This document shows positions 1 to 8,219 of a stretch of 64,000 bases of DNA, one piece after another. Position 1 is the first letter of the stretch. Each line of letters begins with the position of its first letter. The translations under genes and the position numbers were made by a program. The stretch lies in contig CAWIAU010000001.1 of the NCBI GenBank assembly GCA_963834265.1, positions 391,572 through 455,571 on the forward strand. Direction: 5' to 3'. The notes below the pieces were generated by a model. It made no database searches. It saw only the letters and a program-made list of their open reading frames with translations, and had not been told where the DNA came from. The stretch is from an uncultured bacterium. GTDB lineage: Bacteria > Patescibacteriota > Saccharimonadia > Saccharimonadales > 2-12-FULL-41-12.

Positions 1-1
1 C

Positions 2-541
2 GATGATGTACTTGCGGAGCTGCAGTTGTCCCGTAAGGACCTTGAGGAAATGCGGAGTATCGAAGTGGGGAACATTTTCAGTCTCGCGACAAAATTCTCC
101 AGGCCATTTAATCTCACGGTAAGGGATGAAAACGGAGAAATGAGAACACTGATAATGGGTTGCTACGGAATTGGGGTCAGCCGGCTGATGGGCACAATCG
201 CAGAACTTCTGAGTGATGACAAAGGCCTGGTATGGCCGGAGAATGTTGCTCCGGCACGGATATATCTGGCCAGCGTAGGAGTGGATATCGAAGTAGTCAA
301 AGCCGCTGATGAGCTCTACCAGACTCTTGCTGCAGCAGGCATCAGTACAATCTATGATGATCGTGACGCGCGGCCCGGCGAGAAATTCAGTGACGCTGAC
401 CTGATGGGTATACCCTGGCGTGTGGTTGTGAGCACAAAAACGCTTCAGGCAGATAGTTTCGAGCTCAAAAAACGTACAGAAAATGACACTAAGCTCGTAA
501 ATCGTGACGAACTCATAAAACAACTTGCGGCTCACGAATAA
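2..541 (+). CDS. proS: prolyl-tRNA synthetase, C-terminal part (5' end outside the window)
   Basis: Frame is open from the window edge. Carries class II aaRS motif 3 (GCYGIGVSRLMG) followed by an anticodon-binding-like tail (DDRDARPGEKFSDADLMGIPWRVVVS). TAA stop at 539-541. Confidence 0.85.
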   Translation, partial: DDVLAELQLSRKDLEEMRSIEVGNIFSLATKFSRPFNLTVRDENGEMRTLIMGCYGIGVSRLMGTIAELLSDDKGLVWPENVAPARIYLASVGVDIEVVKAADELYQTLAAAGISTIYDDRDARPGEKFSDADLMGIPWRVVVSTKTLQADSFELKKRTENDTKLVNRDELIKQLAAHE

Positions 542-615
542 AAGCCTATAATCGTATAAGCCAGTTTCCTGTTTTGACCTAAAGAACTGAGAAATTTTTG
601 GAAGGATAAGCAGAT

Positions 616-1081
616 ATGAAAAAACAATACTACATGACAAAAGAAGGAATCGCTGAGCTCAGGAACGAGCTGGATCAGCTGATTTCACGACGCGGCGAAA
701 TAGCCGAGTCGATCAAAATGGCCCGCGAGCAAGGAGATCTGACCGAGAATGCCGAATATCACGCAGCCAAAGATGACCAGGCACGAACTGAGTCGCGGAT
801 CAGCGAGCTCGAGCATATCCTGCAAAATGTTGAAGTTATTAAACAAGCCCAAAGGCGACAGCGGTAAAGTCCAGATCGGCAGCACGGTCACACTCAAACA
901 CGCCGGCGGCAAGCAAAAAATATTCCAGCTGGTTGGTACTGTCGAAGCAGATCCGCTGGAAGGCAAAATCTCTGATGAATCACCAATTGGCCAGGCCCTG
1001 CTGGGCAAAAAAGTGGGAGACGCCGCAGAGATCGTTACTCCGGCCGAGACTATGACATACGAAGTAGCCCAGATCAGCTAA
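616..1081 (+). pseudogene. greA: transcription elongation factor GreA, split over two frames (frameshifted as written)
   Basis: 616-867 encodes the N-terminal coiled coil (TENAEYHAAKDDQARTESRISELEHIL) and stops at TAA 865-867. The C-terminal FKBP-like domain (GDSGKVQIGSTVTL...ISDESPIGQALLGKKVGD) continues in the +1 frame to 1081. The junction lies near 850-856. Confidence 0.8.
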
Positions 1082-1090
1082 GGTCTGGCT

Positions 1091-2618
1091 ATGAAGTGGC
1101 TTAATACGATTGTTGACGAAGCGCTCAGGCAACATCCTGAGGGTGAGATTATCGTGGAGTCCGGTATTTCTCCGTCGGGCAGCTATCATATGGGCTACCT
1201 GCGCGAGATTCTGACCTGTGACGCGGTAGTGATCGAGCTACAGCGGCGGGGACGGAAAGCGCGGCATGTTCACTTTGTGGACGATCAGGACGGCTTTCGC
1301 AAGGTTCCTGCCGGCCTGCCTGACGCATACTCACAATACCTCGGCAAACCACTCTGTGACATGCCGGCACCGGATGATTCCGGTCAGTCCTACGCCGATT
1401 ATTGTTTGCAGCCATTTCTGAACAGCGTTACAGCGTTGAGGCGTGAAAATGGATGTGATCCGAAGTCATGATAAATACCGTGCAGGCTACTTTACCTCTG
1501 CTATTGAGCTGATTTTATCCAACATGGATGCTGTCAAAAAAGTACTGGAAGATATATCAGGCCGTAAACTTGACGGGCAATGGTCTCCGATTCAGGTAAA
1601 CGAGGAGGGCTATCTGAAGAAACGGCCATTTGTCAGCATAGATATGAGTAACAAAACTATTCAATATCTCGACAAAGATGATCAGGAGCAGTCCATTGAT
1701 TATCGGTCCGGACAGGTCAAACTGGACTGGCGTCTGGACTGGCCGGCACGCTGGTGGCTGATGAGCGTGCACGTAGAACCATTCGGACGCGATCATGCTA
1801 CCAAAGGCGGCAGCTACGATACCGGCAATGGTCTGATGGACACAGTCTTCAAAGCCCCGGCTCCAATACCTGTACCTTACAACTTTATTAACAGGGCAGG
1901 CGATACCAAAAAAATGAGTGCCAGCAAAGGCAACGGCATAGATATATCCGAAGTTGTCCGTGTATTACCGCCGGAAGTAGTACGCTATTTTGTATTTCGC
2001 TCGCCAGCGGACAAGCTATTATTTTTTGATCCGGAAAATGTCTCCAGGCTCATAGATGAATTTGCCGAACTCCTGGCTAAACCGAATAAAGATGAATCTG
2101 ACATACAACTTATAGAGCTTTGTACCAATGGCGTCGGGTCGATAGTCAGCAGTGTGCCTTTCTCTCATCTGGTTGCCAGCTATCAGGCCGCACTGTGGGA
2201 TCCCGCCCGAACGCTTGAGATCATTGCCCGCACCGAACACGCCGGCCTCGTGGAACAGCAGCGGGAAATTATTCTGAACGAGCTCAGATTTATTGATAAA
2301 TGGCTGGAAGAGTGGGCACCGGATGAGCTCAAATTTACACTATCGGATAGTCCTGTTGTATCAGAATTTAACCAGACAGAAAAAGATTTTATGTGGGCAC
2401 TGGCTGACAAAATTGCAGCGGCACCGGATAGTGCGGACGGCGAATGGTTTCACAAAGCTATCTATGAATTCAAAGACCAGACAGATTTAAAGCCGAAGCA
2501 ACTATTCCAAATATTATATCGGGCGACCATCGGCAAAGATTCCGGTCCGCGTGCCGGCTGGTTCCTGAGTATGTTGCCGCGGGAATGGCTATTAGAACGC
2601 CTGCGTCTCAAAAATTAG
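1091..2618 (+). pseudogene. lysK: class I lysyl-tRNA synthetase, split over two frames (frameshifted as written)
   Basis: The N-terminal part has a HIGH-like motif (SGISPSGSYHMGYLREI). The downstream +1 frame carries a KMSKS-like motif (KKMSASKGNG). Removing A1439 restores ...NSVTAL-GVKMDVIRSH... in one frame. Confidence 0.8.
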
Positions 2619-2677
2619 AAAATTTTACCGACTATGTAGCATTCTGGCTTTGCGTCACCATAACCGTCTATAAAGAA

Positions 2678-3193
2678 CTAAGGTTGATTAGTGGGAGGAC
2701 CAACCATTGTGGCTACTTTTGCTTCAGGTACTCTCACATCTACCTGTTCGCCAAGCTGCAAAATATTGTCAGCAGGATCTTGTACAGTACCAGCTTCAGA
2801 GTTCTGTCTTGTGTGCATATAAGGAACAAGTTCTTCAGCAGAAACTTTTATTCCGCCATTAGATCCATCGATGATAGTTTGAGCAACCTTCAATTTTCCT
2901 GCAGCATCGTCAGCAGTTACAACATGAGAACCGATTACAACAGTTGTTTCCGACTCATCAGTAACCTGGTTGTATGCAAAAATTCCTGCAGCTGCAACAA
3001 CAACAGAACCTGCGGCAACGAGAAATCTTTTCATGCCTCTGCTTAAGTGTGTATTATGCCTGGCAGTTTGAGTATTACCTCCATACCTCCCCGCAAGGGC
3101 ATTGTCGTATAAAGCTTTTTCATTAGGGATCATGGGAACATAGTCGTCAGTTACGACCTGTAGTCTTCGATTTGATTGATTATGTGATGCCAT
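2678..3193 (-). CDS. hypothetical membrane-anchored protein
   Basis: 171-aa ORF with an internal signal-anchor segment (MKRFLVAAGSVVVAAAGIFAY), so the true start may be that internal Met. No recognisable domain. The overlapping plus-strand ORF 2585-3046 is low-complexity and looks like a shadow. Confidence 0.5.
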   Translation of the reverse strand: MASHNQSNRRLQVVTDDYVPMIPNEKALYDNALAGRYGGNTQTARHNTHLSRGMKRFLVAAGSVVVAAAGIFAYNQVTDESETTVVIGSHVVTADDAAGKLKVAQTIIDGSNGGIKVSAEELVPYMHTRQNSEAGTVQDPADNILQLGEQVDVRVPEAKVATMVGPPTNQP

Positions 3194-3293
3194 GGTGGTG
3201 TTGTTACAGCTATTATAATAGCAAATTAGTTATGTTTTGTCAAGTATGCTTATGCTTTGTGAAGTCCGGTCCAACACTTGTCGGATCATTGTG

Positions 3294-3302
3294 TGGTATA
3301 GT
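3294..3302 (+). promoter_or_regulatory. extended -10 promoter element (TGgTATAGT) upstream of the rhodopsin gene
   Basis: TG at 3294-3295 and TATAGT at 3297-3302. AAGGAG RBS at 3322-3327, ATG at 3338. Confidence 0.4.
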
Positions 3303-3337
3303 AGTTCATAACAGAGAACTAAAGGAGATATTATCAG

Positions 3338-4234
3338 ATGGCTACAACTGCCAAAAAACCTTCTAAGAAACCAGTAAAAAGAGCAGCCAAAAAACCTGCA
3401 GCCAAAAAAACACCAGCACAAAAAGCTACGGTCATTAATAGTGATAAAAAGCCTGTTCTCCGTAAATCGTTTAGTTTTGCGGCTTTATCTAAGCTACATC
3501 TTGTTTCTGCGATTGTCAGTGCCGTTCTGGCGGTAGCAAGTGCATTACTATTAGTGCCCGCTACTGCTCAGTTCATCATGAGCTATATGACAGATAGCGG
3601 AACGGGAGGTGCGGACAAAGTAGTACTGGCACCGGCAACCAGAGTAGTCTGGGAAGTTGAGCTGGGCTATCTGCTGGCGGGTATTTTTGCAATATCAGCT
3701 GTAGCTTCGTTATTGCTCGCAACACTTCTGAAAAAACGCTACGAAACAACTGTTACCAACAAAACTTCAGGTTTCCGATGGTTATTCGTCGGTATTACTT
3801 CAGCACTTTTGGTAGAATACGCCAGCTTAATTGCCGGAATTCAGGATATTGCGACACTCAAGCTTATAGGTGCCCTGGTGCTTGTCACGGCATTGTTCAG
3901 CTGGCTTGCCGAACGTGATAACAAAGGTGTGTCTGGCGCCAAATGGCTGGCATACTCCATTGCTCTTGTTGCAGGTACGATAGCATGGCTTCCGCTTATT
4001 ACGAGTATGGTCGGCACGCCGTTTCACGGCATGGAACGCTTCAGCTGGTATGTATACGCATTTGCCGGAGTAGTTCTGGCAGGAGTAATCTGTTTCGCAT
4101 ACAATCTGTACAGGCAAATTCGTGGCCGGGGCGCAGGTAACTATTTGTTCGCCGAGCGAAATTATGTTTTGATTGACCTTGTTATGAAAGTTGCCGCCGG
4201 CGCAGTCATCATCTACGCACTGTTAGATAAATAG
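3338..4234 (+). CDS. heliorhodopsin-like 7-TM protein with a Lys/Ala/Pro-rich N-terminal extension
   Basis: Resembles heliorhodopsin 48C12 as I recall it: FRW..., GIQDIATL (vs GIADIVAL), FSWLAERD (vs FGWLQEKY), NYLFAERNYVLIDLVMKVAAG (vs NYLRGERAYIVLSLVAKSALA, which holds the retinal Lys). Seven hydrophobic segments. Confidence 0.75.
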   Translation: MATTAKKPSKKPVKRAAKKPAAKKTPAQKATVINSDKKPVLRKSFSFAALSKLHLVSAIVSAVLAVASALLLVPATAQFIMSYMTDSGTGGADKVVLAPATRVVWEVELGYLLAGIFAISAVASLLLATLLKKRYETTVTNKTSGFRWLFVGITSALLVEYASLIAGIQDIATLKLIGALVLVTALFSWLAERDNKGVSGAKWLAYSIALVAGTIAWLPLITSMVGTPFHGMERFSWYVYAFAGVVLAGVICFAYNLYRQIRGRGAGNYLFAERNYVLIDLVMKVAAGAVIIYALLDK

Positions 4235-4966
4235 ACTGATTACCAGAGCCAGCGAAGTGATGGCCATAGCTTTTTTGACGAAATTATTGCCGCGCTTCAG
4301 GCTGATACGAACGCCGAGTCTGGATCCCAGAAAGCTCCCCAGGAACAAAGCAATACCTAATTTGAAGTCAACCTGAGCAGCCACAATAAAAGAGAGGAGT
4401 TGTAGCGGTGTGCCGACTAATCCCACAACACGACGTGTAGCAATTGTTTCGATCGGTGTCATGCCGAGTAATATGATCAGTGCGTAGGTACTGAGCAGAC
4501 CCAATCCGCTTCCAAATCCTGCCAGTAAAATTGTCAGAATAAAATATAACAGGAAGCCCGCGTAGAGGGACAACTTGCTAACTGAGCGATTTTTGCCAAC
4601 TATCCTATAACTGACCAGACTTACTATGGCTGTCAGTGCGATCATAATTGAGCTAACTATTTTGATCGTTTCCGGATCAGTGTTCAGTGTTATTTGCGGT
4701 CCGATTATACTTGCTGCCGCAGCTATTATGATCAACGGCCACAGATACTCTTTGCGCACTATCTTTTTGCCCCGTACTTCTACGGCAGAGCCTACAAGTA
4801 GTCCCAGTGTTCCCATCTTGGCGGTTGCAATTGCCTGTACAGGAGATACATTGAGTGCAAGCAAAAATGGCATTACGATCAGTATGCCGCCTCCTCCGGC
4901 CATACCACTCAAAAAGCTGGCCACAAAGCCTACAAAAAACACCAGAACTTCAATCATGTGCATCAA
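4223..4966 (-). CDS. TSUP/TauE-SafE family (DUF81) anion-exporter-like membrane protein
   Basis: 247 aa, polytopic, with a two-fold repeat and Gly-rich motifs (GMAGGGGILIVMPFLL; GFGSGLGLL) typical of the family. Confidence 0.7.
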   Translation of the reverse strand: MMHMIEVLVFFVGFVASFLSGMAGGGGILIVMPFLLALNVSPVQAIATAKMGTLGLLVGSAVEVRGKKIVRKEYLWPLIIIAAAASIIGPQITLNTDPETIKIVSSIMIALTAIVSLVSYRIVGKNRSVSKLSLYAGFLLYFILTILLAGFGSGLGLLSTYALIILLGMTPIETIATRRVVGLVGTPLQLLSFIVAAQVDFKLGIALFLGSFLGSRLGVRISLKRGNNFVKKAMAITSLALVISLFI

Positions 4967-5162
4967 TCATACTATGCAACTTAGTTTTTCCCGGTGATGG
5001 ATCAGTGAGTCAAAATGGTTATTTCTGAGTAAAGCATAACCGTGTTATGTTGAGAGAAGAAAAGATTATTTTGGCCGCTGTGGCGCAACGGAGAAGTTGA
5101 GTTTCATAGTATGTCTGGTGCCGTAACTATACGGGGGCAGCAGGACTGTTACAATATAGGTA

Positions 5163-5948
5163 ATGGCAAATTATTGGAAAGAGCGGACTGTGCCGTATCA
5201 GCCGGGGCAGGAGAGTGTTTATAAGCTTAGCCGTAGTAAAATCGAGTTATTTACACAGTGCCCGCGTTGCTTCTGGCTTGGTGAACGGCTCAAAATCAAG
5301 CGGCCCGGCGGTCCGCCGTTCCGAATCAATTCTGCGGTGGACGAGTTGCTCAAAAAAGAATTCGATATCTACCGCGCCAAGGCCGAAGCGCATCCGCTGA
5401 TGCTTGATAACCAGATCAAAGCTGTTCCGTATCCGCATAAGGATCTGGATAAATGGCGGCACAATTTTACCGGAGTCACTACCTTGCACGAGCCGACCAA
5501 TCTGCATATTTTTGGCGCAGTAGATGACGTATGGATAAACGATGACGGGCAGATCCATGTAGTGGACTATAAAGCGACGGCCAAGGATGCAGAAGTAACG
5601 ATAGATGCCGATTGGCAGATGAGCTATAAACGCCAGATGGAGGTTTATCAATGGCTTCTGCGAGCCAATGATCTGCCGGTATCTGACATTGCTTACTTCG
5701 TCTACTGCAATGGACGGCTGGACCTGGACGGCTTCAACGACCGTATTGAATTTCGTACCAAAATTATTCCATACACAGGCTCCGACAATTGGATTGAACC
5801 GACAATTATCAAAATGAAAGAATGTCTGGAAGGCGATATGCCTGCAGTCGGCAGTGCCGCCATGGGTGGAGACTGCGACTTCTGCACCTATGCCCGCTCA
5901 CGCACCGAATTAACTCTGAATCACCTGAACTCACGTAAAAAGAAATAA
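5163..5948 (+). CDS. PD-(D/E)XK nuclease, Cas4/AddB-like with a four-Cys cluster
   Basis: FGAVDDVWI...IHVVDYKATAK (D...D-x-K core), plus Cys pairs CPRC near the N-terminus and CDFC near the C-terminus. Confidence 0.65.
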   Translation: MANYWKERTVPYQPGQESVYKLSRSKIELFTQCPRCFWLGERLKIKRPGGPPFRINSAVDELLKKEFDIYRAKAEAHPLMLDNQIKAVPYPHKDLDKWRHNFTGVTTLHEPTNLHIFGAVDDVWINDDGQIHVVDYKATAKDAEVTIDADWQMSYKRQMEVYQWLLRANDLPVSDIAYFVYCNGRLDLDGFNDRIEFRTKIIPYTGSDNWIEPTIIKMKECLEGDMPAVGSAAMGGDCDFCTYARSRTELTLNHLNSRKKK

Positions 5949-5952
5949 CTCT

Positions 5953-6924
5953 ATGAAACTCGACCAGATCAATTACGCACCGCTCCGGGCCATGAAAGGA
6001 GTGCAGGCCAGAGCTATACGGGATACATTCAAGGTTCCGACTACGACTTTTCACATAATTCTGGGGGTCCTGGGACTAATCTCTCTTTTCTTCTTCAGCC
6101 TGATAGGACCACTGCTGGCCTTTGCTATCATAATAGCTATCGTTGGACCAAGAGTGGCCCGTTACAAAAATGAGACCTGGAAAAATTTTGCTGCAGTTAA
6201 CGGCTGGCAAACTCTTCTTCCGACATTAGTTGATCAGCGATTTATTCCGCCAGGCCTGCTGGGCAAAGGCCGGAAGCAACAATTAGGTGATATTGTGCAT
6301 GCTCAGTTCGAGGGACACGAATGCGACTTGTATCTGTATCAATTTACGACCGGCAGCGGCAAATCCAGCGAGACTCACTACTATACGGTAGCTCGTGTTC
6401 TGTTGGGGCGACCATTTCCTCACCTGATATTGGATAGCAAGCTGAGCTATTCGATTCAGGATCATGGTAATGCCAAAGAGCGCGCCCGTCTGGAAGGGAA
6501 CTTCGACAAATATTTCTCGCTCTATTACAACAAAGACGAACATATCGATGCGCTTAGCATCATCACGCCTGATGTCATGCAGACACTGATACACTCAAAT
6601 CAGGCGCAGGATATTGAAATTATCGACAATTATATTTTCTTCATAATTCACACCGATCAGCGAACAATCGAGAAACTGCCCGGCATCCTGAAGTCCGTCG
6701 ATGATCTGTCAGATGAAATTGCCCACAAGGCCAAAACGATTCAGTACACATCACCGGATGGAATTATTCCGAATATTGGTCAACATGCTGCAATTAACGC
6801 TCGATATTTCAAAAACAGTGCCGAAATAGCCAATTCCATAGGATGGGCTCTCTGGCGTTTCTTTGTCCCGTTCTTCTTAGTCCTGTTGTTTGGTTTCGTA
6901 ATATCAATAATCAACGCTAACTAA
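5953..6924 (+). CDS. membrane protein, DUF3137-like
   Basis: N-terminal TM hairpin and a C-terminal TM. Central LEGNFDKYFSLYYNKDEHIDALSIITPDVMQTLI resembles the DUF3137 signature as I recall it. Confidence 0.4.
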   Translation: MKLDQINYAPLRAMKGVQARAIRDTFKVPTTTFHIILGVLGLISLFFFSLIGPLLAFAIIIAIVGPRVARYKNETWKNFAAVNGWQTLLPTLVDQRFIPPGLLGKGRKQQLGDIVHAQFEGHECDLYLYQFTTGSGKSSETHYYTVARVLLGRPFPHLILDSKLSYSIQDHGNAKERARLEGNFDKYFSLYYNKDEHIDALSIITPDVMQTLIHSNQAQDIEIIDNYIFFIIHTDQRTIEKLPGILKSVDDLSDEIAHKAKTIQYTSPDGIIPNIGQHAAINARYFKNSAEIANSIGWALWRFFVPFFLVLLFGFVISIINAN

Positions 6925-7024
6925 AAAAATATGCAAATTATTCAAATTAATTTGTGCAAAATGCTTTTGCTTGTATTATAAGTATAAAGTTAAGTGAGTT
7001 GTAAAGTAATAATGAAAGATAAAA

Positions 7025-8017
7025 ATGAATCCTCAGGATCCCCAAAGTCCAAATATACCACCTCAGCCGAATCCGGCGGGTCCGGTATTTAATCCTGCGC
7101 CTGATCCCCCTCAACCTCCGGTTGCGCCGCAGGGGTATGTTAATCCCGTCCAACCAGCGGCTGCCCCGGCGCCTCAGGTATTCGGTCCCGGACAGCCACA
7201 AATCTCTCCCGCGCAACCGGTTGTACAGCCACCGGCTCCACAATTAGTTGTCCCATCTGCTCCGCAAGGTCTTCAGCCACCGGTTCCGCAACCTGCACAA
7301 GCCCCACAGTCTATTTATCCGACTCCCGTTGCCACATCCGGCCAGGCTGCTCCCGGGATGCCCGGCCAGCCAACCCCGGGACAACCATACAGCACGCCGG
7401 TCCAAACAGGATTTTCCAGCCCTAAGAGCGGTCTCGGAGCTAAGCTTAAGAGTAAGCCCAAATTACTGGCTGGCACAATACTTGGTGTAGCGACTCTGGG
7501 AATCGCAGCGGCAGCTATAGTTTTTGTACTACCAGGTCTCAAGGGTCTTCCTCTCGAAACTTACTCTACGGACAACTACTCTCTACTGGTGCCAAAAGAT
7601 TATGAGCGCAAAGATGAAGTAGCAGGCGGACTGTCATTCGAAGAAAAAGAGGGGACAGAAGATACAAAATCCTCAGTGGTAGTAACAGTAGAAAAATCCC
7701 CGGAAAAAATCACCAAAGATGAGCAGGATCAGGTACTACTTGCATTTGACGAAGGTATTAAGTCATCACTGGAATCTGAAGTTAAAGAAGGTAATACGCT
7801 AGAGGACTATAAGGCAGAGAAGACTACCTATAAGAATAGTCCCGCACGAATTGTAACAGCTAACGTCAAAGACAAAGGCAAACAAGCGGGTAAAATGAAA
7901 GTGCTGGTGGGTGTTTCTGACTCGGCAGTGTTTGTCATAGGTGTACTGGCCCATGACGGCGATAAAGGACTTTCAAAAAATACCGACAAGATCATCAACT
8001 CACTCCAGCTAAAATAG
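7025..8017 (+). CDS. membrane-anchored protein with a Pro/Gln-rich N-terminal region
   Basis: ~150 aa of PQ-rich low complexity, then one TM (LLAGTILGVATLGIAAAAIVFVL), then a ~160-aa globular domain (YSLLVPKDYERK...). Confidence 0.55.
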   Translation: MNPQDPQSPNIPPQPNPAGPVFNPAPDPPQPPVAPQGYVNPVQPAAAPAPQVFGPGQPQISPAQPVVQPPAPQLVVPSAPQGLQPPVPQPAQAPQSIYPTPVATSGQAAPGMPGQPTPGQPYSTPVQTGFSSPKSGLGAKLKSKPKLLAGTILGVATLGIAAAAIVFVLPGLKGLPLETYSTDNYSLLVPKDYERKDEVAGGLSFEEKEGTEDTKSSVVVTVEKSPEKITKDEQDQVLLAFDEGIKSSLESEVKEGNTLEDYKAEKTTYKNSPARIVTANVKDKGKQAGKMKVLVGVSDSAVFVIGVLAHDGDKGLSKNTDKIINSLQLK

Positions 8018-8219
8018 CTCCTGGCTCCCGTTCAACCTTTCGTTATACAATGGTCTGACCTCATTCAGAACTCTTCTTTGAGCTAAAAATGCCCTTTTTG
8101 GTTGGAATCACCTAAAATTTTCTAACCATATCTCTGATATGCTGATAAAATTGTAAGGTGATTCTATCTCAAAAATCATCATTCCCATTATCAAAGCAGA
8201 TTTTTGAAAGAGGTCAGGT

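Noticed and set aside
685-1008. Many antisense or overlapping ORFs in the six-frame track, e.g. 685-1008(-), 8345-8644(-), 12544-12897(-), 31113-31535(-), 38896-39273(-).
   Set aside because: They lie entirely inside well-supported genes on the other strand or frame, have low-complexity or Arg/Ser-rich translations and no motifs. They were treated as shadow ORFs.
8086-8100. The 15-mer AAAATGCCCTTTTTG is shared by the serS upstream region and the pyrG upstream region (28103-28117).
   Set aside because: A single 15-nt identity is about what chance predicts for all position pairs on both strands of a 64 kb window, and the flanking sequence is unrelated.
8018-8219. Possible T-box leader upstream of serS (and of glyQS at 48711-48747).
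   Set aside because: There is no T-box sequence, specifier-loop architecture or terminator/antiterminator pair. The glyQS upstream gap is only 37 nt.
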